From Octopus vulgaris (taxonomy: Eukaryota), in the NCBI GenBank assembly GCA_951406725.2, contig OX597828.1, positions 57,660,001-57,724,000 of the forward strand: DNA of 64,000 nucleotides, read 5' to 3'. The position numbers and the translations under genes are program-made. Numbering within the stretch: the stretch's first letter is position 1; each line of letters starts with the position of its first letter. Below the pieces are notes generated by a model that had not been told where the DNA came from, ran no database searches, and worked only from the letters and a program-made list of their open reading frames with translations. This document shows positions 26,919 through 41,569 of the stretch, one piece after another.

Positions 26919-27056
26919 GTTCCGCCAAGGCTGACTTTGCATTTTTATCTTTTCGGGGTCAATAAATCAAGTACCAACACAACCCTGGGATCTATGTAAT
27001 CGACTAGTTTCCTCCCACCAAATTTCTGGCCAGGTGTCTTCAGTAGAATGGATTAT
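26919..27056 (+). mobile_element. SINE family C, 3' part
   Basis: GACTTTGCATTTTTATCTTTTCGGGGTCAATAAATCAAGTACC. Confidence 0.75.
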
Positions 27057-27312
27057 TTTTATCATTCATTATTCTTATTGTTGATAGCTGAAGGTGTGTT
27101 TTTGGAGCGCTGTAAATTTTTGATAATTGTTTAAAAGATTCTATCTTTTGTTGTTTAAATCGTTTTGGAAACTAGCTACCTTTCGCAGGGTGGGCTGATG
27201 TTTGTTAAACAAAGCACCATTTTGAAGGTGATACAAACTTTTTTTTTTCAAATTTCTTCGAAAATTTGCTTCGAAGAAAATTTGACATTGAAGATGGCGA
27301 CGAAAAGTGGGA

Positions 27313-27418
<106 letters not shown>

Positions 27419-27525
27419 ACGTTAAAGATAGGATAAACTCTTCATAAGAATTTATCAAGTAGTTAGCGTGAAAAACTTTATGAGTCCCTCCTAGCATGAG
27501 GCATCTAAGTGTAATAGTGCCCTCT

Positions 27526-27591
<66 letters not shown>

Positions 27592-28721
27592 TGTACATAC
27601 AAAGAATATTAGGGATTTAGCTCACTTGTAATCTAAACGAATAGGTACCGTGGGTAAGTGTTATAGTTGGTCGACCATCAAGTTCCAAGATCACAGCTAA
27701 GGCTGGATCTAGGGATCTGTGTTAAGGTTCCGTTATAGCATGTATATATTAGAAAAAAATCAACACCAAGGCAGAACGAGTATCTCAAGTCATGTAAGAC
27801 ACGTATATATACATATATGTGTGTGTATACATGTATATGTGCGCGCCTCATATGCAAGCTGATGTCCATATATGTACGAATGTATATGTATGCGTGTATA
27901 TGTATTTATATATATCTATGTACATGTATGTGTATACATATATGTGTGTACCCTCTCTCGTTTTTTCCCTACTTCTCTATCAACATAACTATTTTAGAAA
28001 CTAGCTAATTTCCACTCAATAATTTTTTTTTGTTTTTCAATTTAGAAATTTTAAGTTTAGATCTCAAATTTTCATTTTCAATTTTAATTTTGAATTTGAG
28101 GTTTAATTCTTAATCCTTTATCTCATATCATTTTACGGCTGGTTAAATCTATCCTATTTTATTTTTATTCCTTTTCTCTTCCACCGTTCACACTTACAAA
28201 ACCCATTAGGACATATCTGTCATTACGCATCTTTTATTTTATTACTTTTATTATTTTTATCAATATTTTTTTTCATTTTTTAATTTTCATTTTATTATTT
28301 TTGTATTTTCTTATCCTTTCTCCTATCTCTCTTTTGATCTTTCTCCTCTCTCCCTCTCTCTTTCTCTCTCTCTCTCTCTCATACACCCACTAACAAAATC
28401 CATGTAATTGCTTCATACATTTTCGCTCTATAAACAAATTTATAATATGAATACATCATTCAGAACACTGCCAAAATATTGCCTGAATTTACCTGAGATT
28501 TTAACTAAAACTCCGTACCTTCATGGAAGTACCGACCAACATCCATATCCTCATGAAAAAGATGGGTTGTGAACATTATTCTCTTGCCTATCTTCTTGTA
28601 ACTACGTTTACTCTTTACTTCTTCTATTTTACTACTTTATTCGTCTATTTTATTCTTTATAAACTGTGGATTTTATTCCTTGTAAACTGTAAATTTTCCC
28701 CGCCTAAAATATTCATACCAT

Positions 28722-28796
28722 GTTTCTGGTGATTAGATACCCAGTGCACAGATATGCAAACTAACTACTTGATTATCTCAGAAACATCTGTAAGAC
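28722..28796 (+). ncRNA. Decayed type-I hammerhead-like motif
   Basis: GUUU-CUGGUGA-..AGAUA...UAUCU..-GAAA-CAUCUG-UA-AGAC; core A6 replaced by G. Confidence 0.45.
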
Positions 28797-28879
28797 TTCA
28801 AATTCACCTTACCCTAATTAAATTATTCTAAATCGCTTGAGATACTCGTTATCGCTTGGTTTTGATTTTTCCTCTTATA

Positions 28880-28963
<84 letters not shown>

Positions 28964-29061
28964 AAGAGACAGACAGACAGAGACAGAGAGAGAAAGGAGG
29001 AATAAAGAGATAGAAGAGAAGAGAGCGGAGATATATAGATGTCCATATACATATACGTGTG

Positions 29062-29107
<46 letters not shown>

Positions 29108-29349
29108 TGAGTATGTGTGCGCGCGTCTCTATGTATATATGTACAGACATATACGTATATATGTATATATATATGCAAGTATGTATGTATATATATATAT
29201 ATATATATGGTCAGGGTTAGGAGTAAGGGTTAGGGGAAACTACTTTTATGTCGAAACGTATCATAGTAACGCGACGCTATTTTTCATAAATCACAATATA
29301 TGCGAAATACAATCTAAAAATCAATCATACCACATAAACGTTTCATGCC

Positions 29350-30150
29350 CATGACAATGCCAATGATTTATAGCTGACCTGCCAAAATATTATCCACAAT
29401 CCAGGAACACAATTACAGTATTCAGTCCCATAAGAAGAATATAATATTGTGTATAACTTATAAGCACCAAGTGTATTATTTCAGGGTGTGAGAGAATTAA
29501 TAAATTATTGCACTATATTATCTTCATGTGAATCAGTATACATAACAGTGGCGACAAGTTGCATTGCTGATACAACGAATGAATAATTAGAACAGTTGTG
29601 ATAAAGACAAGCATAATTACAATTTTGGGCATTCCTTAAAGGCACTATGATGCATGAAGAAACTCAAAACTTTGAAATCAATTGGTTATGATAGGTGATG
29701 CATTAAGATATAGAAATTAACGCTTGACACGAGTTTTTATCAGCTTTCTTGCTTGAAAGCCCAATACTAAAGGTGTCACATTTGGCCTTCATAATTTCAA
29801 GTGTGATAATCAATTATCGAGATAGATCCGACATATAAGATTTCTTTCGCCATTTAATTTACGCCGTGTTAAAAAGGGCTGTTCGGTTGGAAAAACAACT
29901 TCCCCTACTGTATAGAAATTTGTCAAAATGCAATTAGCTGTTTCATTTTAACAAGCTGATGAGTGAATCACGAATTGGATGTGAGAAAACCTTTTTCTTG
30001 AAACTTCCCTTTTTGCGAATTACATAGAACTATCTACACAGCAAAGTAAGTCAACATTAGGGTTTCCCCTTGGCTGTTTTAATATTACAAGCAACATTAT
30101 TCCATTATTCTCTAGTCATTTGCAATTTAAATAACATGCTTGAAACATAA
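29350..30150 (-). mobile_element. Possible decayed piggyBac-like transposase
   Basis: Colinear echoes 'VSRKRFSHIQFVIH' (MSRNRF..I...LH), 'LVKMKQLI', 'QPNSPF*HGV', 'NYEGQ'. Confidence 0.4.
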
Positions 30151-31419
30151 TCCATTGCATCGAAATGTTCTCATTCACCACACGATAATGAATAATTTAT
30201 ATATTTATTTTGTCTTTCTTTATGGTTTTATTTTTCGTTTCACATTGCAATGTTTTGTGCGTTATTTCAATTCCACGTAGCTACTGTTGCGAAGAATCGG
30301 CTGGTGTATTTATTTTACTGTTAATTTAATCTAGTGCAACTCTATAAAAAGCTTCAATTTCCTAGTATAAATGTTACAAAAAAAATAATAATACTTGTGA
30401 AATCCTGTTGAACCATTCTTTTATTTGATAAGATGGTTGCATTACATCAAATACTCTAATATGACAAAATGTGTAAAAGTCCAAAGGAAATTCAAAGTAT
30501 TGGTATCGGGCGAAGCGGAAAATAGATTGCGCAACTTCTTGGCAAGAGTAATCAGGAGGTCGCCAATCATTTTCAGTTAAAGATTGAATTTTTCACACTT
30601 AAACAAAGTGTTTGATTAACAATCACTTCAGTACTTTCTGTTATGGGAGATCGCAGTTTCCATTCAATTTACCAATTACTGTTTCTATTGACTCTGTTCT
30701 TGCTTCTCTTCTATTTTTTCTTATTTTTTCTTCTTTTGTTTCTCTATTTCTTCTTCTTCTTGATCGTATTCTTCTTCTTCCTGTTCTTCATCCTCATCCT
30801 CATCATCATCGTTATCATCAACATCGTCGTCCTCATCGTTATTATTATTGCTTGTGGTGGGTGTACGTTTTGTCGGCTACCGATTTGTTTGTTGAACTAA
30901 GTTGCAAACAATTTGTTTACTTTTATAAATAGTTTTTTTTTTTTTATTTTGAATAAGCCATCTCTACTACTTCACTGTATAAAAGAGATGGACTGCTAAA
31001 TTGTGCACCACAAGATAAAGTTTTTGTACAGTTGCTATTTGTATTTTTTTTTCTTTTATCTTTTACTTATTCATTTTGCTGTCGCCTTTTCTCTGCTAAC
31101 ATTGTCTGATGCAGCGATGGGGTCGCAGTAAGAAAGACACATACAACGTCATTAAAAAGCATTACCTGTATGTTCGTTTTAAAAGGACAGCAGCTCAGAA
31201 TTTATGGAGAAAAAAGAATGCTGCTACGAGAAGAACAATGACCACAATGGTAACAACAACGTTAGCAATATTAAGGACAACGTTTGTAAGAGTGAGAACA
31301 CTATCACACATAATAAGGACATAATAAGGACATCAGCAGCAACAACAATAACAACGAAAGCAGTAACAATATAAATAATAAAATCAAAAGCAACTACAGC
31401 AATATCAATGGCAGGGTTG

Positions 31420-32230
31420 TTTTGAAAAGACTTGGACCTCGAGATAGCATAGGTCTTCCGTGACCCGCAAGTAAGTTAATGGTCCGAAACATGAGCAGTT
31501 ACAAAGAATTTCCCTTTAAAATAGTCGCATTGTATGCATCGATAGGAAGAAGGGGGCGGTCAGATTTCTTCAGGCACCTTGAGATTTTCTTAGGAACGAA
31601 CCACTCATTAATGCTAGTGGGTGATTAGATCACCAACATGAATACATGTCTGGATTTTATGGGGAAAGCTGTTAAGAGAGGGTTTGTAAAAGCCTTACAG
31701 ACCTGTTCGGTCCTGTCCGACTTTTTGATGGGCGCCAACTAGATTTCCCGAATGCGTCAATGTAAACATGAGCATCAGTCATTCAGGCTGTTTCTAGATG
31801 AAGTATTCTGCATGATAGCAGATAGGGATAGCATTGAGATTCCATAATTCAATATGGCCGGCTAAACATATTACAAAGTGCATTCTTTCCCCTATTCTGT
31901 ACGAACTGACACTACAATAGATGCTGGGGGTTTTGAGGAGCGGCCGGCGAGGACTCGGATGCAGAAGACCTCGAAGTAATTAGTGTTCGACATCAAGCTC
32001 ATTGAGGTGATCGTTAATGCATTTAGGGAATACGTGCCGATGACAGGTGCAAAAATTAATCAGAGGAAGTTGTTGAACCTCCAGTTGGATTGGAAGAGGA
32101 GGTCTATGCAATCTAACAGCATCATCGGGCACTGGGGCGAGTGGTAAAACTGCTAGGGGCTTGATTTGGTCCAGACCTCAAAGTGGAGAAAGAGTAAGGC
32201 TAAGTGACGCGTAGAGTGCCGACTTTTAAA
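31420..32230 (+). mobile_element. L1/Tx1-like ORF2 remnant (AP endonuclease joined to late RT)
   Basis: 'FKIVALYA', 'DFFRHLEIFLGT..LMLVGD', then 'FREYVPMTGAKINQRK' and 'FGPDLKVEK'. Confidence 0.75.
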
Positions 32231-32936
32231 AATTGTAGGAGTGGTAAAGCAAGTCATAGTGAAACGGCATAAACATACCTATACTCTAATGCTGCAATAT
32301 AAGGTTGACTCTGTCATATTTGTGAACAGCTCCAGCATTAGTTGAAGGAAGGGGCAACAAGAAATGATATGTAGTGCGATGAAATCTCAGTGAGTATACA
32401 AGTCTTAGTGTACTATGGAGACCAAACATCCACATCAAAAGCATCGAAGGAAAAGGTCATACGACCGGTGGGAAAGGGCAGAATACCTAATTGTTATACA
32501 ATAATGGCCACTTAAGAGACTAACGGGAAGAGATGGAAAAGCGAAAGAAAGGAAAGACAATAAGGATTGAAGGAGAAGTAGTAAAAATCAGTAGATTCCA
32601 GATGCTTCTCTCTTCAGAAGATCAACATTTAATCGCCTAGAATAATAAAGATCAAGCATCAACCTCAAGCGTAATTGATTGCTCAGAAGCCAAGGACTTT
32701 CCGCCCAAAAGTACCACAGGTTCGTCTTATAAGAAACTGGAGATGACTAATAAAAGTGTGTATCGAACCGTTTGTACACGTCTGTATAGAGAATAACGTA
32801 GAACGACCTCACAATAAAAAGATTAACACAGTAAGAAAGTAAACAGAACCCCCGAGCATCAGTTCGTCTTCACATCCATAATTCTCACTGTTGCTTGTAA
32901 AACAAGTAAATAGCCTTGTAACTTAAACTCTTCAAG

Positions 32937-33031
<95 letters not shown>

Positions 33032-33055
33032 TCTGTGTTTATTTTCTCGTGTTCC

Positions 33056-33089
33056 TTTCTGTTGAAGAGTGTAGGCTCGAAACGTAAAA
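33056..33089 (+). ncRNA. Very compact hammerhead-like motif with CUGUUGA core
   Basis: UUU-CUGUUGA-a-GAG(uguagg)CUC-GAAA-CG-UA-AAA inside a 155-bp cassette flanked by (TA)n. Confidence 0.5.
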
Positions 33090-33189
33090 ACATTTTATAC
33101 CTTCTCGAGTGTTTAACTAATACACCTGTCTGTTGTTTACACACCTGTCTTCGTCTTTTGTTTTTTTTTGTAAATTCGAACGATATATG

Positions 33190-33297
<108 letters not shown>

Positions 33298-33398
33298 GAG
33301 TAAGCATATAATTGAAAAACAAGGTGGAAAAAATAGTACTTGAATACCGAAGTTGAGTAATTTGCTTTTTTTATTAAAGCTCCAAAAACAGCACAAAG

Positions 33399-33437
33399 GA
33401 CTGTTACTCAGAGTTTCACGTTTCCGTTTGTCAGGTC
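33399..33437 (-). ncRNA. Decayed type-I hammerhead-like motif
   Basis: CUGACAA-ACG(gaaa)CGU-GAAA-CUCUGAG-UA-ACAG; G8 mutated and stem I disrupted. Confidence 0.5.
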
Positions 33438-35039
33438 GTTGTGATCAAGACTTGATCTCAAAACAACCTGAGAAGAAAACGCACCGCCATGTTCGGAAAT
33501 TGAACCCATGATCACGCAAGCATCAATGCAACAGACTAACCACAAAATCACATGCATTCACTTATTTGTTTATACCCACATATTTTGTAGATCTCCTGTA
33601 TACGATTTATTTTATGAATAAATAGATCCTAGCGTCAAATACAATAAACAAAGTATTATTATTACCACTGTCACCATCATCAAGATATTATTATTCGCTG
33701 ATCACCCTATCAGATGCTAAGATACTTTTCTTCTGAGAATTTCCGAAGTTTTCCAAGTTTTCATTTGAAGAAAGCATTTTTTCCATTTTAATATTATTTC
33801 AAGTAGGCTGTAAATAATTTTTAAAATCGATAGCAAGGTCGGTTTTCAAAACATTTTCATTTTATTTTACTCTTTATCACTAAAGAAAAAAAATTTCTTC
33901 TTTTCTGAAATCCACTCTTACTAGAAATTATGAGTAAAGCAACAGATAAACAAACAAAAATTATTTGTGTTTCTAAAAAATAAAAGAAATGTTTTAAATA
34001 ACAGAAAAGCAGAAAAAAAATAATGACATCTCCACAAAAGAGGCAGCTCTTTTGAGAATGATAACTGCAACACAAACAACAACTGTAACATCAAGCACGT
34101 ACGTACTTTATCAAATGTGATGTGTGATGTCAAAAGATGATCGTTTGCAAACGTTCTTTGGAGTGAGAAAAGAATGCAAAATATTTTGCAGAAAGAACTG
34201 AAACTTGTCAGCAATTTTCCACAAACAAGGCACTCGACTACCACAGTCTTCTGAGAGGTAGAAGATGATATAACTGTGAGCTGCTAAACACACGAACAGC
34301 CCAGTTCAAGTGAGAGAAGGGTTTCACCTCCCAGTCGTTAGAAATGGTCTGCTCAACCATTGACAACACTGATAGAAACCTAGCAGACACTTCTGTATAA
34401 GCTACACAGTCAAACAAACCACTGGTCGGACAGGTTTTGAGATAAAATTGCAAAAACAAAGCACTTAATAATTTATTGGTAAAACTATTCATAACATATT
34501 ACAGTTTTCACATAGAAACTATCCACAGAACTTGGGTCCTTACTCATTCTGCCCCAATAATTCGTTACTGAACTGTCTATAATCACCGGCATTATGTAAT
34601 ATATGAACTACGTGGAGAGAACACTCAGAGAGAAGATATAATCAGCATAGTAATGTAACTGATCAACGCAAATTCACGTTTAAATGTTTATCTATTTTGT
34701 TTTATTTATAGTTATTCTTTCACCTGTTTTACTCCAAGTAATTATTTGTACTTTTATTTTGCAGCCCATAACTCGTCTCATTTATATGTAAAGGTGTGGA
34801 GAGAGAAAGAGAGAGCGAGAGAGAGAGATACATACATACATGCATACATAAATACATACACACGCACACATACATACATACATACATACATACATACATA
34901 CATACATACATACATACATACATACATACATACATACATACATACATACAAACCTGATTGTATATATATATTATTTCACCTGATATGAGCTTTATCTCTA
35001 CTACATGCCAGACTTGTTCAAATTTACCCTTCCAGATAT

Positions 35040-35900
35040 CTGACCCGATGCAAAGTGACGTTTTTGAGGATTATTCCATATAAGTGAAATACACTTGATA
35101 ATTTTTAGCCCAAAAGGGCGTTACTGCTCATCGTCAATACTTTGGCCATAAACATACAAAGCTACACCAGCACGAACGAATCTATATATGGCAACCTCTA
35201 TTTCGTGGGATATATCCTTGAGAGGTAAACGTGTAGGAACCGAGACGCTGTTGAGAGACATCCGCCCGAACTTGGATACAGAAACGCCGTTTAAGAAGAC
35301 ATGTGAAAGTTATGGCATGTTGTAAATTTAGATAGTTGGTGTCACACAGAAGAAATATTAGATAGTAATAAGCGCATGCATTCCCACAATAAAGTTTGTA
35401 GAGCTGTAAATGTCTATGGAAGACTGCAATTTTGCTGCTGAAATGAGAGTGGTTTGCCGTACAAAATGTCTGGTTTAGTCAAAATATCAACCTGGATAAT
35501 AACTTGTAAGAGTTTGCGCAGTGGCCAGTCTCACTCAGAAGGTTTGACAGGTCTTTAAAATGCCATGTGGGGTTTGATGTAGCTGCAGCAGTGTACTGGC
35601 ACCTAAATACCGTACATTGTATCATTAATCTCCTGATCAGATTGAAGAGCATGCGCATTTCCTTTAAGTGAACAGTCGGTTTCTATTGACCCAAATCATG
35701 CCGCGGATATGTTCTAATTGTTGACGTATTAAAGCACAGTTCTACTGGATGTCACTTTAGAACTCTGGTTCCTATACATCGTTCATTCTTCGTTGTATCT
35801 CAAGATGTAGAGATTGTCGTAGTGACATTTGCCCTCGGTTGCATATGTTTGTTCTTCTAATTCACTATTGACGATGAGTGCCAATCTAAAGAGGAATAAC
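35040..35900 (+). mobile_element. Decayed Helitron PIF1-like helicase fragment
   Basis: 'EFAQW', 'SVLAPK' and a PR-containing FIPRI echo in expected order. Confidence 0.5.
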
Positions 35901-36859
35901 TAGAAGATTTTTGTGGATAATAACAGTATTTACGCATGAGACCTGACTGCCCAGACGTATTGTCCAAAGCTTTCCACCCGTAAGCATTCGTTTTTTTATC
36001 CTTTTTTCTTTTTCAAAATATGTATTTAAAAGAAATGTTTGTAAAACATCCCTTCCTTTTCTTACGAGTACAATTTGAAGGCGATTTAGCTGCTATTTCT
36101 GCTGGGCTACTCAGCTACATTTTAGCTACTGAGTGCCAATGAAGGGATGTTAATTCAGGAAAGAAACAGAGATTTACATAACCAAAATATCTTCTTCTAC
36201 TTCAGCACAGGTTTACGTTCAGATATCTGCTTCATATAGAACAACTGAATTAATAAGATTTTACCTAAGGCAATGACCCAACAATGTCTCATTCCAGTGA
36301 CTGAAGCAAGTAAACGATAAAAGAAAGGAGCTAACAATTAGAATGTATCAACTGTTGAAAGTATTCCGTGTATATTCCATTATTTTTAAAGCGGCTTCAT
36401 TAGTGTTGCAATTGTTGATGGGTTAAAAATGTAAAAATCCAAACGTGTCTACACTCCGCAAACACAACCGTTATGTTGCTTTTGTAGACTGTTCTTTTAA
36501 TGGAGAGAAACTGGCAGTCGAAATATTACATATCTAATTTAAGACTTTACTTTGTCAGGCAAAATCTAAAAACTGTTAGGACTGCAAAAATTGTTTCTAT
36601 CTTTCCAATAGTAATTTTGATTACCAGCTTTAGGATGGTTTAAAAGTTTCTGATAGAATATTGTTCATTGCCTGTGATTTATTTTATCCAGATCAAAGAT
36701 GATTAAATGAAAATCGTAACGCTAGTAAGATTTTAATTGTAGAAGGTAAACAACACTCTTAAACACAAAATGAAATTATATTCTACTTGACAGTTCAATA
36801 AATACAGCCATTAAACTGCATATTACTATTGAATTATTATTTAATTTCTAGCGTAAATA

Positions 36860-37020
36860 GTATAATAACGTATCAACTTCGTAGTCTTTTCCATTTTGTT
36901 GACCCTGCAGGAAGATAATGACAAAGCGAGGTTTGCATTCGAACTCGAAAGTAAAAGTCACGAAACTTAATAGTAAAATGCTTTTATTCAGGCGTTCCAC
37001 TGACCCGATCAATTACCTGT
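36860..37020 (-). mobile_element. SINE family C, highly diverged
   Basis: Minus strand GAGTTCGAATGC...CGCTTTGTCATTATCTTCCTGCAGGGTCAACAAAAT. Confidence 0.45.
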
Positions 37021-38059
37021 TGCAATTCCTTTAATTCATTCTATACAATTTCTGTTTAACATGATGTTTTGCACACTTAAAATTCTGGTGCACTAGTTTT
37101 CAATGTGAACATCAAGTAATTTTGCTACAATGTATAGCACTTAATGAGCATTACGAAAAAACTTAAATGGAAGAATTTATTTCAATCTATGAACTATTAT
37201 ATTACAGTAAATGCAATCGATGTACATTAGCAGGAATACTGATTTCTAAACATTATAGGTAAATAGACTTCTGTTGTTATATATTCTAGACAATATAAAT
37301 GTCAAATTGAGACATTCTTTAGAAATGCTATTTAGTTATCATTATGAAGTTTGTTTCCAAATAATTATGCAGTTGAATGAACTGCAAATTAAATATTATG
37401 TTGATTGAATATCCACAAAGCGGCTTTCAGTCTACAGACAAAGCCCAAAGCTACAGTCTTCAAATTGCTATAACTTAAGAATGCTAATATCATTTTAATT
37501 TTTTTCTTTCACATTAGGTTTAGCTGCATATATATTTTAAAACGATCTCTATTGATTTTAAAATTCAACTACCAATTTCGAATGTAGTAATAATGAACAA
37601 TAACATTTAGAAAGCATAACATACTATTATGACTATATGTCGTTTCATTATCTCAAATAAACATTAATTTTATTTTAAATTATAGAAGAGACCTACAGCT
37701 AGTATGACTAATTATTTTTTAATTCCAACCTTTTTGCAACATTTCAATACACGATAATTCAACATAAATGTTTCATTAACCTACATTATTTCTAGATTAC
37801 CATATATTTTAATTTATTTGCCAAGCACAAATGTGATTAATTGAAATAGGAAGTATTTGCATTTTCAGTTCGTTTTGAAATAAACGTTATTCATTAACAC
37901 TTGTTTAACGGTTGATTAATGGTTTTATTAATTTAGAATGAACGTGAAAAATATGATAATTACGCCATTTCGAAGAAAAGGCAATATGAATGAAATGTAA
38001 TTGCTGAATTCAATCAGTGAAAATATGATATAGGTTTATGCAGGAAGTAAAAGTAGAGT

Positions 38060-38295
38060 TACCTTCCTGAGTCCTAACCAGCGGTTTTCTAGTTTCATTG
38101 CGTGTATATTCCACCACCGGGACAGGACGCCGGTCCGTCGCAGGATTACTCATTTTTGCCAGCTGAGTGGACTGGAGCAATGAGAAAATGAAGTGTTTTG
38201 CTCAAGAACACAATCCGTCGCTCGGTCTAGGAATGAAAACCACAATTTTACGATCATAATTCCAGCACCGTAACCACTAAGCCACACCCCTCTGC
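38060..38295 (-). mobile_element. SINE family B3 (B-like head, different middle, B2-type tail)
   Basis: GTGTTCTTGAGCAAAACACTTC...TGCTCCAGTCCACTCAGCTGG...CCTGCGACGGACCGGCGTCCTGTCC. Confidence 0.75.
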
Positions 38296-38468
38296 TCTGC
38301 AGGAAGTCTTGACAGGCGTTTTATTTATTAACTTTAAATAATTCACATAAACCACGTTCAAAAATAAGATACGGGAATTTTCAAAGATGGTAAAAATGGG
38401 TCATCATGAACTATTTCAGACTTACTTTATTTTGTAAGGTTTTCTGCTGGTTTAATTGCTGTTTGAAA

Positions 38469-38877
38469 TACTCTTTTACTCTTTTACTTGTTTCAGTCAT
38501 CTGACTGCGGCCATGCTGGAGCACGGCCTTTAGTCGAGCAAATCGACCCCAGGACTTATTATTTGTAAGCCTAGTACTTATTCTATCGGTCTTTTTTGCC
38601 GAACCGCTAGGTTACGGGTACGTAAACACACCAGCATCGGTTGTCAAGTGATGTTGCGGGGCGACAAACACAGACACACAAACATATACACTCACGCATA
38701 TATATACTTATATACAACACGCTTCCTTCAGTTTCCGTCTACCAAATATACTCACGAGGCTTTGGTCGGCCCGAGGCTTTAGTAGAAGACACCTGGCCAA
38801 GGTGCCACGCAGTGGGACTAAACCCGGAACCATGTAGCTGGTAAGCAAGCTACTTACCACACAGCCACTCCTACGCA
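38469..38877 (-). mobile_element. SINE family A, full length
   Basis: Head to tail GACTGAAACAAGTAAAAGAGTAAAAGAG, with internal microsatellite; matches 59637-60043. Confidence 0.92.
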
Positions 38878-39560
38878 TGTGCTTTAAAATTCAGTGAATA
38901 CAATATTTCCATTGTGATACAAACTTGCATATAAACGTAGGCATAACACTGAAATTTGATCTCTCATGTGGCATTAATAGATATTTCCATATAAATGCCT
39001 TCTGGTTATTTCGTATCAAAATTATTTTCAGTGTCATATTTGGGTTATGCCGCAAACTTGTATAATACACAAACCTACATCTGACCTTTGATCTCTCATT
39101 TGGTATGATTATCGTTTGCTATAACTAATATAACTGATATTCAAATAAACTCTAAATAGTTTCACCTAAACATTTCATTTGATTTTGATTTTCTATTAAC
39201 CATCATTAATTTTGTTTAAATACTTGTTACATTTCCTTTCCTAATTCAATCAAGGTTTCCACATATTGTGCAATCTGTAAAATATTGCTTTAGAGTCGAA
39301 TGGTGATTGCTTCACTGCTTCCACAATAGAAAAGTTATCTTAAATATTATTGAATATTAAAGCATTTTCCTATTTCAATCATCTTATTGTTGGTATATAA
39401 TTCTCCGTTCAATGCACCATTCTAGCTGAATTCTGAAATGCCGATCTTGAATTAACAATTATTTCGGTGTCACGATATCGTTATACACGCACATACATAG
39501 ATACACACGCAAACACACAAAGGCATACGCACACAGATGATATATATATATAATACTTTA

Positions 39561-39716
39561 TATGGCTGTGCGGTAAGAAGCTTGCTTCCCAACTAAATGA
39601 TTCCGGGTTCAGTCGCATTGCATGGCACCTTGAGCAAGTGTTTTCTACTATAGCCTCAGGCCGACCAAAGCCTTGTAAGTGGATTTGGTAGGACAGAAAC
39701 TGAAGACAATCCATAT
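39561..39716 (+). mobile_element. SINE family A, 5' half
   Basis: TGGCTGTGCGGTAAGAAGCTTGC...GCATGGCACCTTGAGCAAGTG. Confidence 0.85.
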
Positions 39717-39729
39717 ATGTATATATATA

Positions 39730-40720
39730 TATATTCCTTATTAGTGAATTAAGGCTACCATTGTTTTCATGTTATGGAAAATATAAAAATATCCTAGTGT
39801 CTTAGCAATTTTTCAAGCCGATTACATGGAAAAGGGTGTTCGTCTCCATTCTGAAAAACAATCTTGCTTCGTTCACGGGATTTCTCGTAAATTTGAGTAA
39901 AAAACAATGAACCACTGAATCAAGGTGCGTTATTCTTGAGTAACATCTTTTGGGTGTTTGTTTTCTTTGGATGTGTCTTGTGGCTAAATTTCTTTTGGTG
40001 GTTAATTTTTTTGCATTATTTTATATTATTTGTTATTATTCCGGCCCTGGTGTTCTTGTACTTGTATGCTGAGGTAGTTCGTCAGTGGGGCATATTTCTT
40101 CTTTGTGTGGAGTTTGTGTGCTATGTGCGTTCATGTTTAAGAGAGGGGCCATCCTGGTAGACCTACCCTCGACTATAGGAGATTTTCTTTGAAATATTTG
40201 AGTGTAAGATATTGCTTGTGTATGCAAGGAGAGACGGCCTCATCCCTTACGTTTAAGATGTTATCTTATGTTTCTATAATGTTTAATCTGCCAGTAATAC
40301 ACAGTTCACATTTGGTACCCCGTCTTCTGTATTTCATGGTTTTATCAATAATTTTCCATTTTATCTGATAGAGATATATTTGATAGAGATATCGCATGTT
40401 TTTGGTATTTGTCTCTGAATGACACAAAATGATGTGTATACCTTTCCTTCAACAAGTTGCCCGTCTTTCCGATATACGTATTTGCCATTCCGTTAAGGTC
40501 CGTGATCTTGGCCTTGTATACGAGTTCTTTCTCGAGACTGTTTTTGTTTAGAGGGCAGCGGTTTGGGGATGTTTCTGGTGTGATTATGTTTATTGTGATT
40601 GAGGATTATTGGTCTTATATTGGTGAGGTAAATATAGCTAACTTTAACTGTTTTTGTAGTATGAATGTCTTGTATTCTGTTCTAACAATAGCTAATGGTT
40701 GACATTTTACCCTTACTGAA
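39730..40720 (-). mobile_element. Penelope-like element 3' part, GIY-YIG endonuclease (Naiad-like signature)
   Basis: 'NRCPLNKNSLEKELVYKAKI...TYIGKTGNLLKERYTHHFVSF...IKWKII...KCELCI...ILNV..EAVSPCIH'. Confidence 0.85.
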
Positions 40721-41324
40721 CAGGGGAGAGGCATAGTTCTAAAGAAGTACGTCATATTATTTTTCCACTCTTTTGGCCAAATTAATTAACTGTCTCTTCC
40801 AAGCCCGAAACTACTGGTCATCCTAATCAGCATATTCATAACATATTCCTCTACGCCAATATTATTGATATTTATTTTAATATAAAATAAATCTAGGTAT
40901 GCACCCAATTGTTATTATTATTTATTTATTTTATATCAACACTATTATTTGCTTATTTTTTCATTAGATTTATATTTGTGACTAGTAAATCTAATTATTT
41001 ATTCATAATATATTAGTTGACAGGTTGGGTTCATATATATATTTGTCTATATAAATTGTAGTATCGATGCACTATTCATAGGAATTATTTACACTATTTT
41101 ATCTATATCTATTTAAAGTTTTAAATGTTTATCTAATTTTATTATCTATTCATAGGTATTATGAACACATTGTTTATTTTAACTATATCTATTGAAATAT
41201 ATTCAATGTATTTTTAACTTTATGAACACAACAGAGCCATCTTTCCCTCTTGTTGATCCATTTGCATTTTGATGTAAGAATCAGGCAAATTTATTCGAAG
41301 CAACGTTCACATTGTTTGTGTGTC

Positions 41325-41565
41325 AGAAAGAAGCTCGTCGAATATATCAGTTTGTGTCTGTGTTTGTATCTGTGTTTCTCCCACTTGACAATCGGTGTTT
41401 TGAATTTACGCACCTGAAAATAAGCGGTTTGGCAAAGACACTGATAGAAAAAGTAACAGGCTGAAAATAAAAATACGTACTAGATCGATTCGTTCGACTA
41501 AAATTTCTGCAAGGTGGCGCCCCAGCATGGGCTCAGTCTGATGACTGAAACAAATAAAAGATAAA
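41325..41565 (+). mobile_element. SINE family A, diverged 3' half
   Basis: CTTGACAATCGGTG...GGTGGCGCCCCAGCATGG...GACTGAAACAAATAAAAG. Confidence 0.75.
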
Positions 41566-41569
41566 AATT

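Noticed and set aside
29213-29237. TTAGGG-like telomeric motif
   Set aside because: Only two to three imperfect units
29956-29985. CTGATGA-GTG-AAT-CAC-GAAT
   Set aside because: No GAAA or closing stems; lies within a putative transposase relic
33950-34700. Coding-like unique sequence, possible Sola-type transposase or exon
   Set aside because: No convincing colinear motifs, no long ORF or clear splice context
39730-40720. Selenocysteine/SECIS in the Naiad-like element
   Set aside because: Visible Cys positions use TGC/TGT and no canonical SECIS spacing was found
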